Shown here in pieces: positions 9,760 through 20,066 of a stretch of DNA of 64,000 nt. The stretch spans positions 1 through 64,000 of the forward strand of contig JAGNIU010000007.1 in NCBI GenBank assembly GCA_018000995.1, written 5' to 3'. This DNA is from Bacteroidia bacterium (GTDB lineage Bacteria > Bacteroidota > Bacteroidia > B-17B0 > Aurantibacillaceae). The number at the start of each line of letters is the position of its first letter. Position 1 is the first letter of the stretch. A program made the translations under genes and the position numbers. The notes below the pieces were generated by a model. That model searched no databases. It saw nothing but the letters and a program-made list of their open reading frames with translations, and was not told where the DNA came from.

Positions 9760-11262
9760 ATGAAAAAACTAGCAGTACTATTTTGTTTATTAACCGGAAC
9801 TTTAAGTTATTCTCAGGGCGGTTACGATATTAAAATTAATATTAAAGGTCTTAAAGACACAATGGTGTTTTTAGCGAAGTATAATTTTGATAAACAATAT
9901 ATTGTAGATACTTGTAAAAAAGTAATAAAGGGCAATGTTGTCTTCAAAGGGAAAAAGGATTTGGATAAAGGGGTTTACTTTTTGGTAAGTCAGGAAAAAA
10001 TAAGATACTTCGATTTTTTTGTAAACGAGAATACCAAACTTACCATCTCGAGTGATATGGCTGATATGGTGAATAGTTTAAAAGCTCCTGGCTCGAAAGA
10101 GAACGAGGATTTTTTTGGATACATTCAATTTATCACGAATAAAAACATTGAATTTGGCAAGGCAAAAGATCAAAGTAAAGGACTGAGCAAGCCCGATTCA
10201 ATTAAGTTCATGAGCGACAAAATGAAAGCGTTAAATGAAGCGGTTCTAAAATTTGACACCGATTATTTAAAGGCACACAAAGGACAATTGCTAGGGGATG
10301 TATTAAATTTAAAAACAGATAAAGAATTAAAAGATGTGCCTAAGGCAAGTAACGGTCGACCCGATAGCGTTGCTCAATACAAATACTATAAAGCACATTT
10401 TTGGGATGATGTGAATTTCAAGGATGACCGTTTATTGCGCACACCATTTTTCGCGGATAGAGTGAAGCGTTATTTTGACAGAGTAATTCTTCAAGTACCG
10501 GATACTATTTCGGTGGAGATTGATCGTATGATGAATCAGTGCGTACCGGGTAGCGACATGTACAAGTTTTTATTAGCCTATTTTATGCCAACCTACGAGC
10601 AAAGTAAAATTATGGGCTTCGATAGAGTATTCTGTAATTTGGTAGATAAATATGTGCGTACCGGTTTAGCAAAAGGCGTTTATGATGAGAAGACATCAGA
10701 AAAAATTATTGAACGCGTAGATATTTTGAAACCATTATTATTGGGTTCGCAAGCACCAGATTTATTAATGATTGATACAACTAATTCGAAAGCCGTAAAT
10801 AAAATGGGTTTTGATACAGCAAAAACAAGTCAAACCGTTACGAAGCTGTATTACGATAACGCACAAAAATTAACGTCCCTGTTTACCACTTTATATGGTG
10901 TTAAAGCAAAATATACCGTATTAGTATTTTGGGATGTAGATTGTGGACATTGTAAAACCGAAATGCCGAAGTTAGTAGATGCTTATAAAGCATTGAAGAA
11001 GAAGTTCGACGTAAAAGTATTTTGTGTGTATACGCAGCACGAATACGATAAATGGCGCAAATATTTAATTGAAAATAATCTTGGCGACTTTATAAATGTT
11101 TGGGACCCTGTTCATATCAATAACATTAAAACCAAGTATGATATTTTCTCAACGCCCGTAATTTATTTATTGGATAAAGATAAAATCATAAAAGCCAAAC
11201 GACTTTCGGTGGAGCAAGTGCCTGAGCTTATTAAAGCTTTAGATGCTCAGGAGAAAAAATAA
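9760..11262 (+). CDS. DUF-domain + TlpA-like thioredoxin-fold protein (paralog of 8178..9707)
   Basis: 500 aa; collinear with upstream paralog (YIVDTCK, HFMVEYE/YFMPTYE, FWDVDCGHC, KYDIFSTP). Confidence 0.65.
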   Translation: MKKLAVLFCLLTGTLSYSQGGYDIKINIKGLKDTMVFLAKYNFDKQYIVDTCKKVIKGNVVFKGKKDLDKGVYFLVSQEKIRYFDFFVNENTKLTISSDMADMVNSLKAPGSKENEDFFGYIQFITNKNIEFGKAKDQSKGLSKPDSIKFMSDKMKALNEAVLKFDTDYLKAHKGQLLGDVLNLKTDKELKDVPKASNGRPDSVAQYKYYKAHFWDDVNFKDDRLLRTPFFADRVKRYFDRVILQVPDTISVEIDRMMNQCVPGSDMYKFLLAYFMPTYEQSKIMGFDRVFCNLVDKYVRTGLAKGVYDEKTSEKIIERVDILKPLLLGSQAPDLLMIDTTNSKAVNKMGFDTAKTSQTVTKLYYDNAQKLTSLFTTLYGVKAKYTVLVFWDVDCGHCKTEMPKLVDAYKALKKKFDVKVFCVYTQHEYDKWRKYLIENNLGDFINVWDPVHINNIKTKYDIFSTPVIYLLDKDKIIKAKRLSVEQVPELIKALDAQEKK

Positions 11263-11284
11263 TTTTGACATTAGAACAAAAAAA

Positions 11285-11331
11285 CCTCGCCTGTCATCGT
11301 GAGCTTGACGAACGGCGAGGGCTTTTTTATT
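11285..11331 (+). terminator. rho-independent terminator after thioredoxin paralog
   Basis: cctcgcc..ggcgagg 7-bp stem then GCTTTTTTATT; loop contains a variant of the GTGAGCTTGACGAA repeat core. Confidence 0.6.
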
Positions 11332-11698
11332 AAATCCAATCCAATTTATTTTTGGTCAACTCCGATTCTGAATTATTTCCTGTATTTAATGTAGTGGCAG
11401 GTTCAAACAACATAATATGAACTTCTTTTTGGGCGGAGGGTTTGTGCTCAACGCCTTTTGGAATGATAACAAATTCGCCTTTGTTTATGTTCATCGTTTT
11501 ATCGCGGAGTTCCATTTTAAAACTTCCTTCTAAAACTAAAAACATCTCGTCTTCGTTATCATGTTTATGCCAAACAAATTCTCCAACAAACTTTGCCAAC
11601 TTAACATGTTGTCCGTTCAATTCACCCACAATGCGCGGATTCCAATGATCGGAGAAGAGTGCTAATTTATCTTTAATATTTATTTTATTGATTGACAT
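11330..11698 (-). CDS. cupin domain protein
   Basis: 122 aa; conserved cupin His motifs (WHKHDNEDEMFLVLEG..GVEHKP). Confidence 0.7.
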   Translation of the reverse strand: MSINKINIKDKLALFSDHWNPRIVGELNGQHVKLAKFVGEFVWHKHDNEDEMFLVLEGSFKMELRDKTMNINKGEFVIIPKGVEHKPSAQKEVHIMLFEPATTLNTGNNSESELTKNKLDWI

Positions 11699-11720
11699 TG
11701 TACATGTAAAAAAATCGGTT

Positions 11721-11799
11721 AAGTACGAATAACGAGGTACGATTGACGAGTAATGAAGTGCTAGTTGTCCTATTCTTCACTCGTACTTCGTCAATCGTA
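11721..11799. terminator. long imperfect palindrome (about 35-nt arms) flanked by T/A runs; bidirectional terminator after flotillin gene
   Basis: aagtacgaa..gtacgattgacgag / ctcgtacttcgtcaatcgtacttcgtactt inverted arms; T-run on both strands. Confidence 0.5.
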
Positions 11800-11807
11800 C
11801 TTCGTAC

Positions 11808-13730
11808 TTATTTTTTCTTCTCATCTGTCTTACCGCCATCTTCCACCATCTTTTTAGTGATGCCTTCTAATAGTTGCAAGCCAAGCAATCCGCTTATTGG
11901 TCCGTTAGCACCATCACCACCTCCGGTAATTAATACTTCAGGAATAATTTTGATGCGTTCTCTACCAATGGCTTCAGTCACTTTTAATTTCGTAAAGTTA
12001 TCTCCGCCCATTGCACTAACTGATAATTTATAAGCTTCAGCATTCGATTTACCAATGGCTAAAATCTTTTCAGCTTCTGCATTACCGGTTACAGATATTT
12101 TTTCTGCTTCAGCATTTGCTAAGGCTTTTACTTTTTCAGCTTCGGCGTTTGCAGTTACTTTTGTTTTTTCTGCATCAGCATTAGCAATTATTTTTAATCT
12201 GTCAGCTTCTGCTACCGAAGCAATTTTTACACTTTGTGCCTCACCGGTTGCTTTTTTTACTGCGGCATCTGCAATACGTTCAGAAATTAATACACCTTGA
12301 TCAGCTTTTACAATTTCCTTTTGCATATCTGCAACAGCCGTTTCTTTTTCTAAAGCCTGACGAGTTATCTCAGCACGTTTCTGAGTTTCGAAAGTTGTGT
12401 TTTGTTCTTCAGCAATTTTACGATCGGTTAATGTTTTCATTAAACTCTCTGGTGGAACGATATCTCCAATTAAAGTATCTACACCATTTACGTTATATTG
12501 ATCTAAAACTTCACTGATTCTTTTCTTAGCAGCATCTTGTCTTTCTTTACGTGAACTTAAGAAAGCAATTACATCACTGTCTTGCGCTGAGTTTCTAAAA
12601 TAGTTACCAATAGTTGGTTCTAAAACTTGTCCAACTAAATTTACCATGTTACCAAAACGTGCAATTACTTTCGGTGCCTCAGTGGTTGGTATATGAATAA
12701 TCTGACTCACATCTAAATTAAAAGGGAAACCATCTTTAGAACGAACAGTGATTGTACTTAAATGTTTATCTAATTGATGCGCCTCACTGCGTGCATTGGC
12801 CCAGTTTAAAACTAAGTTAGTTGTTGGCACTAATTCAACACGCATAATGTAAGTGTTGATTGGGTATTTACCCGGACCAAGCGGTTCAGCCCAAACACCT
12901 TTTTCACCTTTGCTTACAATGTTACCGTGTTTAAAATCGGTACCGCTTAAATCTTTTCCTTCCTGACCAACATAAGAAATAACAACTCCAACAGAACCAA
13001 TCGGAATCTCTGTCATTTTAATTTGTTCTACAGTAGCAAACCATGGATTTAGATAATAAGAACCCGCTAAAATAACTTGTGGCTGTAAACCTTTGTTACC
13101 GCTATTGTTTAAAAATCCATCCGTATCCTGAAAGTTGTTGTGTCCTGTAATGTTTTTACCGGCAATACTTCCTTCTTCAATTGGCATACCATCTAAAGTG
13201 GTAACAATTCCCACCATGTTTTCATTTACAGTAAACATATCTACAGTAAAAATCTCGAATAAAAAGGTATTGATACGGTAAGTTCCTGCAGTAATATGAG
13301 CACTTTGGCGACCTTTTCGTCCGCCTTTAGTCAGGAAAGCAACAGCATCCTGAAAACCATCGCATTCAACTTTGCGAGCTAAAATATGACCGGTTTCTAA
13401 TTCAGCACCATCTTTTGCCACTAATAAACCAATTTTTCCTTGAGGGATAATGGTTAAAGGTTGCATAGTAATTTCGTACTGCCAAATCCATTTCCAGAAG
13501 TAAATTCCCGGTGCTAAGGTTTGAGCCTGAAAACCGGCTTCACCCTCAACGGCAACAATTCGCCCGGGAGGAAGTTCAGATTTACCAAATAAAACAAACT
13601 TCTTGGTTACTAAACCAATTTTGTCTTCAGCAATGATAATGATACCAAATAGTCTGAAAAACAGTTTGTAAAAGATCAACACGAATACGGGGATTATAGT
13701 CCACCAGTAATTCACAATAAAATTCATCAT
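11808..13730 (-). CDS. flotillin / SPFH (band 7) domain protein, YqiK-like, with C-terminal A-E-A-E-K repeats
   Basis: 640 aa; N-terminal TM, SPFH domain, C-terminal tandem NAEAEKx repeats typical of bacterial flotillins. Confidence 0.8.
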   Translation of the reverse strand: MMNFIVNYWWTIIPVFVLIFYKLFFRLFGIIIIAEDKIGLVTKKFVLFGKSELPPGRIVAVEGEAGFQAQTLAPGIYFWKWIWQYEITMQPLTIIPQGKIGLLVAKDGAELETGHILARKVECDGFQDAVAFLTKGGRKGRQSAHITAGTYRINTFLFEIFTVDMFTVNENMVGIVTTLDGMPIEEGSIAGKNITGHNNFQDTDGFLNNSGNKGLQPQVILAGSYYLNPWFATVEQIKMTEIPIGSVGVVISYVGQEGKDLSGTDFKHGNIVSKGEKGVWAEPLGPGKYPINTYIMRVELVPTTNLVLNWANARSEAHQLDKHLSTITVRSKDGFPFNLDVSQIIHIPTTEAPKVIARFGNMVNLVGQVLEPTIGNYFRNSAQDSDVIAFLSSRKERQDAAKKRISEVLDQYNVNGVDTLIGDIVPPESLMKTLTDRKIAEEQNTTFETQKRAEITRQALEKETAVADMQKEIVKADQGVLISERIADAAVKKATGEAQSVKIASVAEADRLKIIANADAEKTKVTANAEAEKVKALANAEAEKISVTGNAEAEKILAIGKSNAEAYKLSVSAMGGDNFTKLKVTEAIGRERIKIIPEVLITGGGDGANGPISGLLGLQLLEGITKKMVEDGGKTDEKKK

Positions 13731-13881
13731 AGGTTTTAATTTTGATTAAATGTACTGGGCTTACCTATTCTGGCATAATAAACATATAAACAGATTTAGG
13801 GTGTTTTTAACACTTTTAGGTAGACAAACTATTATAAATAAATGTTAAAGTGTAACCCTTAGCATTAAATTTGCTTATATA

Positions 13882-15987
13882 TTGTTTGTGAATATGCGCC
13901 ACCTTTTACTTAGTTTATTAGTTTGTTTATGTTTCCCTCTTATTTCGCAAGATGAAGAAGAGGGGGAGAAAAAGTATTGTAAAGAAATTGATAAGAAACT
14001 CGAGAAATTATACTTAAAAGGTACCGACAAAAAAACGCCCAAACCCGAGCGCTTAAAATTCTTAAAACAATGTTTGGAAGAAGACCCTGATTTTGCAGAA
14101 GCCAATCTCCGCATGGGTTTTGAATATATTGTTCATGCCAAATTAGAGAGCAAATCCTTCATGCCTTGTGTTCCATATTTCATGAAAGCCATTGCGCAAT
14201 GTCCGGATATTCATTCTGAACCTTACTATTATATTGGATTTGCTTACTATGAAGAAACCAAATTTGATTCTTCAAATAAGTATCTCAATAAGTTTATCAA
14301 GTTTAGCAGCAATGATGAAAAGAAATTCGGTAAAGATTATAATTATGAATTATTCGCGGCGAAAGAAATGGTGAAGTCGGCTAAAAAAGAAGGGGAATTA
14401 AATAAGTTAATCGTTCCTTTCGAACCTAAATTAGTAACCGGTGTTTCGTCCGAACGCGATGAATACCTAGCTTACATTTCTCCCGATGATAGAAATTGTT
14501 TGTATGTACGTTTAATGCCAATCAACAATAAAAATGTTGTTTATCAATCCGACAAAGAGCAAGAAGTTTTTATGCGCTCAAGAAAAGATAACACGAATGT
14601 ATTTGATAAGGGTGAAGAAATGCCTTTCCCATTCAATGCTACAAATGATAATCAGGGCGGTTGTACCATCACCATGGATAATAAATATTTATACTTCGCG
14701 ATGATGCGCGATGAAGGTGGCGCGCAAAAAAATTGTGACATTTATGTCAGCAAAAATGTAGATGACGAATGGAAACCATTTAGTAAAGCACCATTTAATC
14801 ATCCGGTATATTGGGATTCGCAACCAACCGTTTCAGCTGATGGTAATACAATTATTTTCGCAAGCGACCGTCCGGGTGGATTTGGTGGTGTAGATCTTTA
14901 TCAATCCACTAAAGACCGTAAAACGGGAGTATGGGGACCGGCAATTAATCTCGGACCAAATGTAAACACGGCAGGTCATGAAAAAACGCCTTTCATTCAC
15001 ATGGATAGTAAAACACTTTATTTCTGTAGTGGTCCTGATAAAGCTGGTAATGGTGGTCATATGGGCTTTGGAGGTTTTGATATTTTTTATGTACGCAAGA
15101 ATGATAAAGGCGAATGGGGTGAAGTGAAGAATATTGGAAAACCAATTAATGGTCCGGGTGATGATACAGGATTTTTTGTAAGTACAGATGCACAAACAGG
15201 TTACTTTGTTTCTTTCGCAGGTGAAAAAGTAAGTAATTTGAAATCGGCAGGACGTTATGATTTGTATTCTTTTCCTCTCTATAAAGAGGCGCAACCTGAA
15301 GAGATGTCATTGACAGGAGGAAAAGCAGTGGATAAAGATGGTGAGCCAATTCGTGGGGCGCAAGTTGAAGTAAGAACCTTAGGAACTAACGAAAAAATAA
15401 AAACCTTAGTAGATTCTGTAAGTGGAGAATTTATGATGGCCATCAACACTAAAAAACACGAGAAGGTTGTTGTAAGTGTGAAGAAAGAAGGAATGGTTTA
15501 CAATTCGGCAGTTGTAGATGTGAAGCAAGCGGTTGCAGCCTTTACGGGTTCAACTAAAACAAATACTTCTCCAACCAAAACAGTAGAAGCAAGCTCAGAG
15601 CCTGTAAAACCAATTGTGATAACAATGGATTCGGTTAGAGTGGGAAGTTCATTCGTTATCAACGATATTTATTACAATAGTAATAGTGCTGATTTGAAAG
15701 ATGAATCGAAAAAGGTATTAGAAAGTTTTGCTTCCTATTTAAAAGAGAATCCGAAAATGATTATCGAAATACAAGGTCACACCGATAATGTTGGTGCTGC
15801 TGCGGCCAATCAGGCTTTATCTGCTAATCGTGCTTTTACAGTGAAGGCAACATTAGAAAGTTTTGGAATTAGCGGTGATAAAATTAAAGCAAAAGGATTT
15901 GGCGCAAGCAAACCCATAGCAGATAATTCATCCGAAAGCGGACGTGCAAAAAACAGAAGAACAGAATTTTTAATTGAAGAAAACTAA
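13882..15987 (+). CDS. OmpA-family protein with N-terminal TPR and TolB-like (PD40) beta-propeller repeats
   Basis: 701 aa; signal peptide; PD40-like repeats (SADGNTIIFASDRPGGFGGVDLYQS); C-terminal OmpA domain (NSADL..IQGHTDNVGAAAANQALSANRA..NRRTEF). Confidence 0.8.
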   Translation: MFVNMRHLLLSLLVCLCFPLISQDEEEGEKKYCKEIDKKLEKLYLKGTDKKTPKPERLKFLKQCLEEDPDFAEANLRMGFEYIVHAKLESKSFMPCVPYFMKAIAQCPDIHSEPYYYIGFAYYEETKFDSSNKYLNKFIKFSSNDEKKFGKDYNYELFAAKEMVKSAKKEGELNKLIVPFEPKLVTGVSSERDEYLAYISPDDRNCLYVRLMPINNKNVVYQSDKEQEVFMRSRKDNTNVFDKGEEMPFPFNATNDNQGGCTITMDNKYLYFAMMRDEGGAQKNCDIYVSKNVDDEWKPFSKAPFNHPVYWDSQPTVSADGNTIIFASDRPGGFGGVDLYQSTKDRKTGVWGPAINLGPNVNTAGHEKTPFIHMDSKTLYFCSGPDKAGNGGHMGFGGFDIFYVRKNDKGEWGEVKNIGKPINGPGDDTGFFVSTDAQTGYFVSFAGEKVSNLKSAGRYDLYSFPLYKEAQPEEMSLTGGKAVDKDGEPIRGAQVEVRTLGTNEKIKTLVDSVSGEFMMAINTKKHEKVVVSVKKEGMVYNSAVVDVKQAVAAFTGSTKTNTSPTKTVEASSEPVKPIVITMDSVRVGSSFVINDIYYNSNSADLKDESKKVLESFASYLKENPKMIIEIQGHTDNVGAAAANQALSANRAFTVKATLESFGISGDKIKAKGFGASKPIADNSSESGRAKNRRTEFLIEEN

Positions 15988-17099
15988 GCCAGAGCTTCGT
16001 TGATATCAGGCAATCTTCCTAATTTACGTAAAGCCACCATGTGAGCTTTCATCGCATCGTTGAAAGTTTTGTTTTCCAAATAAGGAACGCCATATTCTTC
16101 AGCAGTTGCTTTTACAATTTCAGCAACTTCAGGATAATGAACGTGACAAATAAGTGGAAACAAATGATGTTCTACCTGAAAATTTAAACCACCAACATAC
16201 CACGAAATCAATTTGCTTTTTCTTGAAAAATTAACAGTGGTATTCATTTGATGAATAGCCCAGTTGTTTTCTACAGTATTGTTGGCATCCGGTAAAGGAT
16301 AAGTGGTTCCATCAACGGTATGCGCTAATTGGAAAATGGTAGTTAAAACTAATCCTGCAATAAAATGCATGATTAAAAATCCGAAAATTAAAGGAAGAAT
16401 AGGAACGTGAAAAACAACAACAGGCAACACTAAAATATACATGAAGTATATTATTTTTTGTAGTGTCATTTTAATAAACGTTACTCTGTTTTGAGCCGGT
16501 GTGTTCGGGTTAACGCCGCGTTTTGTGTAATTAATAAACTGAATTAAATCTTTCAATAACACCCAGTATAAAGTTAAAATGCCATAAAAAAAGAAAGCAT
16601 AAACCCATTGAAATTTATGGTACCATTTTACATTGGTGTGAGGAGAAAAACGTAAAACTAATTTATCATCAATATCGTCATCCATGTGTACAATATTGGT
16701 GAATGTGTGATGTAATACGTTATGTTGAAGCTTCCAATTAAATACAGAGCCTCCCAATAAATTTAAAGTATGACCTAAAAGAGAATTTATTGTTTTGTTA
16801 GATGAATAAGCACCGTGATTAGCATCGTGCATTACGCTCATACCAATTCCTGCTAAAGCAAAGCCCATGATGGTCCACAATAGCATCGACATCCAAAACG
16901 AAGGCTGTATTAACAAAAACATTGCAAACGGAACTAAGTAAGCCGTTAACAAAATAATAGTCTTAATAACCATTGCTGCGTTAGCGTGTTTCGAAATATT
17001 TTTGTCTTTAAAATGTTTATCTACTCTTTGACGTAAGGCTGAAAAGAATTCGTTGCCTTTGCTACTGGTTGCGAACCTTATTGGTTTATGAGTTTTCAT
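15984..17099 (-). CDS. membrane fatty acid desaturase family protein
   Basis: 371 aa; three His boxes HDANH, HNVLHH, QVEHHLFP; multiple TM helices. Confidence 0.8.
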   Translation of the reverse strand: MKTHKPIRFATSSKGNEFFSALRQRVDKHFKDKNISKHANAAMVIKTIILLTAYLVPFAMFLLIQPSFWMSMLLWTIMGFALAGIGMSVMHDANHGAYSSNKTINSLLGHTLNLLGGSVFNWKLQHNVLHHTFTNIVHMDDDIDDKLVLRFSPHTNVKWYHKFQWVYAFFFYGILTLYWVLLKDLIQFINYTKRGVNPNTPAQNRVTFIKMTLQKIIYFMYILVLPVVVFHVPILPLIFGFLIMHFIAGLVLTTIFQLAHTVDGTTYPLPDANNTVENNWAIHQMNTTVNFSRKSKLISWYVGGLNFQVEHHLFPLICHVHYPEVAEIVKATAEEYGVPYLENKTFNDAMKAHMVALRKLGRLPDINEALA

Positions 17100-17124
17100 G
17101 GTAGCAAAGATACAAAATATATCT

Positions 17125-17724
17125 CTAATCGGCCTTCCGTCTAAAAATCAGAGCCTCAGTGTATCTGCGGTTACCTTCAGTATGATACATATCATAGCCT
17201 GCCTTAATCCACACGTTTTTGAACTGAGGATTTACATAAATAACGAAGATTTCGGAATTGGTTTTAGCTTGATAGGCTGTGATATTTTTCTCTACAAGTT
17301 CCATTACTTTATCAGAGAAGGGATTGAAGAAAAAGAAGACCGCTGAGTTTTCCGGAATAGAATAGGTGGTTGCGTTTTCACAAACAAACTTAAAATTACT
17401 TTCTTTTCGTTTTAGTAAATAGAGTTTAACGTTTTCGTTGGCGATGTCCACCAATTCTTTATCAAGTTCAACACCAATTAAATTATTGAAGCCTGCATGT
17501 TCTGCACAAAATAAAGGGCGGCCTTTACCGCTACCAATATCAATGAAGTTTTTATTTTTTAAGTATTCCGGCAGTTTTTTAAACAGTTCTGATAATACAA
17601 GGTAACTGGCACCTTGATAATGAAAATTATGGGTATCGTCCGATTTTTTTATCTGCATGGTTTTAATACCAAAAAGACGTTCATAACGGCCTTCATAACG
17701 GAGCATCTTAAAGGTTTTAAACAA
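17125..17724 (-). CDS. class I SAM-dependent methyltransferase
   Basis: 199 aa; motif I FIDIGSGKGRPLF. Confidence 0.6.
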   Translation of the reverse strand: MFKTFKMLRYEGRYERLFGIKTMQIKKSDDTHNFHYQGASYLVLSELFKKLPEYLKNKNFIDIGSGKGRPLFCAEHAGFNNLIGVELDKELVDIANENVKLYLLKRKESNFKFVCENATTYSIPENSAVFFFFNPFSDKVMELVEKNITAYQAKTNSEIFVIYVNPQFKNVWIKAGYDMYHTEGNRRYTEALIFRRKAD

Positions 17725-17835
17725 TCCTCTATAGTAAACTGATCGAAAAAAGTAAAATATGTATAAGAAAATGGTTTTCAGTTTTTGTATATTTGGAATT
17801 GGTTGTAAATTTAATCATTCAAACGTAGTTCTCCT

Positions 17836-20037
17836 ATGCAAATCGATCTTGAAGCTGAACGTAAAGAAATCCTAAACCGCTACAAAGCCCTTATTCAAGC
17901 CTGTAAGCGCCGCCTCGAAAAAGGCGATAAGGAAATGATACGTAAAGCTTTTGAAGTAGCTGTTGAATCTCACAAAGAAATGCGCCGCAAATCGGGCGAG
18001 CCTTACATTTATCACCCCATTGCTGTTGCTCATATTTGTGCTGAAGAAATTGGTTTAGGAGCCACTGCTATAGTCTGCGCTTTATTACACGATACAGTTG
18101 AGGATACAGATTTAACTTTAGAAGACATTAAAGGATTGTTCGGACCGAAAGTAGCGGCTATCATTGATGGTTTGACTAAAATTTCGGGTGTTATTGATCA
18201 ATCTTCTTCTATACAAGCAGAAAATTTCAGGAAGGTTTTATTAACGATGGCTGAGGATATACGGGTTATCCTTATAAAGTTAGCTGATCGTTTGCATAAC
18301 ATGCGCACGCTTGAACATATGAAGCGTGATAAGCAAATGAAAATTGCGAGTGAAACTTTGTATTTATATGCACCGCTTGCGCATCGTTTGGGATTGAACG
18401 CTATTAAATCTGAATTAGAAGATTTATCTTTAAAATATACCGACGAAAAAGGATTTGAGGAAATTGTAAACAAGTTAGAAGAAACAGAGCCGGAACGAAA
18501 AAAATTCATTCAAAAATTTATTGAGCCACTTAATGAAATTTTACAAGAGCAAGGTTTTAAATTTAAAATGTTCGGGCGACCAAAATCTATTTTTTCTATT
18601 TACAATAAAATAAAAAACAAAGGTGTCACCTTCGAAGAGATTTACGATTTGTTTGCGATTCGTATTGTTATTGATACACCGATCGATCAAGAGAAATCAG
18701 ATTGTTGGAAGGTATATTCTATCATTACGGATTTTTATCATCCGAGTCCGGATAGATTACGTGATTGGATTTCTACTCCTAAAAGTAATGGTTACGAAAG
18801 TTTGCATACCACTGTAATGGGTCCTGAAGGTAAATGGGTAGAGGTGCAAATCCGTACTGTGAGAATGGATGAATTAGCGGAAAAAGGTTATGCTGCCCAT
18901 TGGAAATACAAAGAATCAGCAGCTGAAAAAGAAAATAATTTAGAAGGTTGGTTAAGAAAAATAAGAGAGATGTTAGAAAATCCTGATGCTAACGCGTTAG
19001 AGTTTTTGGATGATTTTAAATTAAATTTATTTAGCGATGAGATTTTTGTCTTTACCCCAAAAGGTGATATGAAAACTTTACCAAGCGGCGCTACTGCTTT
19101 GGATTTTGCATTTGATATCCATACCAAAATTGGTGAGCATTGCATTGGGGCAAAAGTAAATCACAAATTGGTGCCACTGAGTTACGAAATTAAAAGTGGC
19201 GATCAGATTGAAATTCTCACCTCGAATAAGCAAACGCCAAAAGAAGATTGGATTGGTTATGTGATTACAGCACGTGCCAAATCGAAAATAAAAAATGCTT
19301 TAAAAGAGCAACGTAAGAAAGTAGCTGAAGAGGGAAAGGAAATTTTAGAGAAGAAATTTTACAAAGCTAAATTAGATTTTACTTTACAAAACGTAAACGA
19401 TTTTTGTAAGTTCCTGCATCTTCCAAATTCATTAGAATTATTTTACCGTGCAGCAGTTGGAAATGTAGACGTAAAAGAGATAAAAGATTTTATTAAGCAT
19501 AAAGAACATCCTGAAAAAACAGTTCGTAAAAAAACAGATTCCAAAAAAATTGAGCAATTAGTAAGCAGCGCCCGTGGTACCAGCGATATGTTGGTAATTG
19601 GCGATGACTTACAAAAACTCGATTACAAATTATCCAGTTGTTGCAATCCAATTCCGGGTGATGATGTGTTTGGTTTTATTTCGGTAGGAGAAGGTATTAA
19701 AATCCACAGGGTAAATTGTCCGAATGCTGTTAAATTATTGTCCAATTATGCTTACCGTGTAGTAAAAGCAAAATGGATGAACGAACATTTAATTTCATTC
19801 TTAGCCGGTATTAAAATTGTTGGTACCGATGAATTAGGTATCGTCAATAACATTACTAAAGTTATCTCCAACGAAAACAACATAAACATGCGTTCTATTA
19901 GTTTCGACACTGATGATGGTATTTTTGAAGGAACTATTATGATTTATGTTCACGATACTAAACATCTTAGTCACTTAATCGAGAAACTCAAAAAAGTGAA
20001 AGGTGTAAATAATGTCATCCGTATCGACGAGAAATAG
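17836..20037 (+). CDS. relA: bifunctional (p)ppGpp synthetase/hydrolase RelA/SpoT
   Basis: 733 aa; HD hydrolase domain, RelA/SpoT synthetase domain, TGS and C-terminal ACT regions. Confidence 0.95.
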   Translation: MQIDLEAERKEILNRYKALIQACKRRLEKGDKEMIRKAFEVAVESHKEMRRKSGEPYIYHPIAVAHICAEEIGLGATAIVCALLHDTVEDTDLTLEDIKGLFGPKVAAIIDGLTKISGVIDQSSSIQAENFRKVLLTMAEDIRVILIKLADRLHNMRTLEHMKRDKQMKIASETLYLYAPLAHRLGLNAIKSELEDLSLKYTDEKGFEEIVNKLEETEPERKKFIQKFIEPLNEILQEQGFKFKMFGRPKSIFSIYNKIKNKGVTFEEIYDLFAIRIVIDTPIDQEKSDCWKVYSIITDFYHPSPDRLRDWISTPKSNGYESLHTTVMGPEGKWVEVQIRTVRMDELAEKGYAAHWKYKESAAEKENNLEGWLRKIREMLENPDANALEFLDDFKLNLFSDEIFVFTPKGDMKTLPSGATALDFAFDIHTKIGEHCIGAKVNHKLVPLSYEIKSGDQIEILTSNKQTPKEDWIGYVITARAKSKIKNALKEQRKKVAEEGKEILEKKFYKAKLDFTLQNVNDFCKFLHLPNSLELFYRAAVGNVDVKEIKDFIKHKEHPEKTVRKKTDSKKIEQLVSSARGTSDMLVIGDDLQKLDYKLSSCCNPIPGDDVFGFISVGEGIKIHRVNCPNAVKLLSNYAYRVVKAKWMNEHLISFLAGIKIVGTDELGIVNNITKVISNENNINMRSISFDTDDGIFEGTIMIYVHDTKHLSHLIEKLKKVKGVNNVIRIDEK

Positions 20038-20066
20038 AGGTTTTCTCGTATTTTTGCCCTTTAATT

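Noticed and set aside
12055-12517. Plus-strand ORFs rich in FSASA repeats
   Set aside because: They are antisense to the flotillin AEAEK repeat region, a low-complexity artefact
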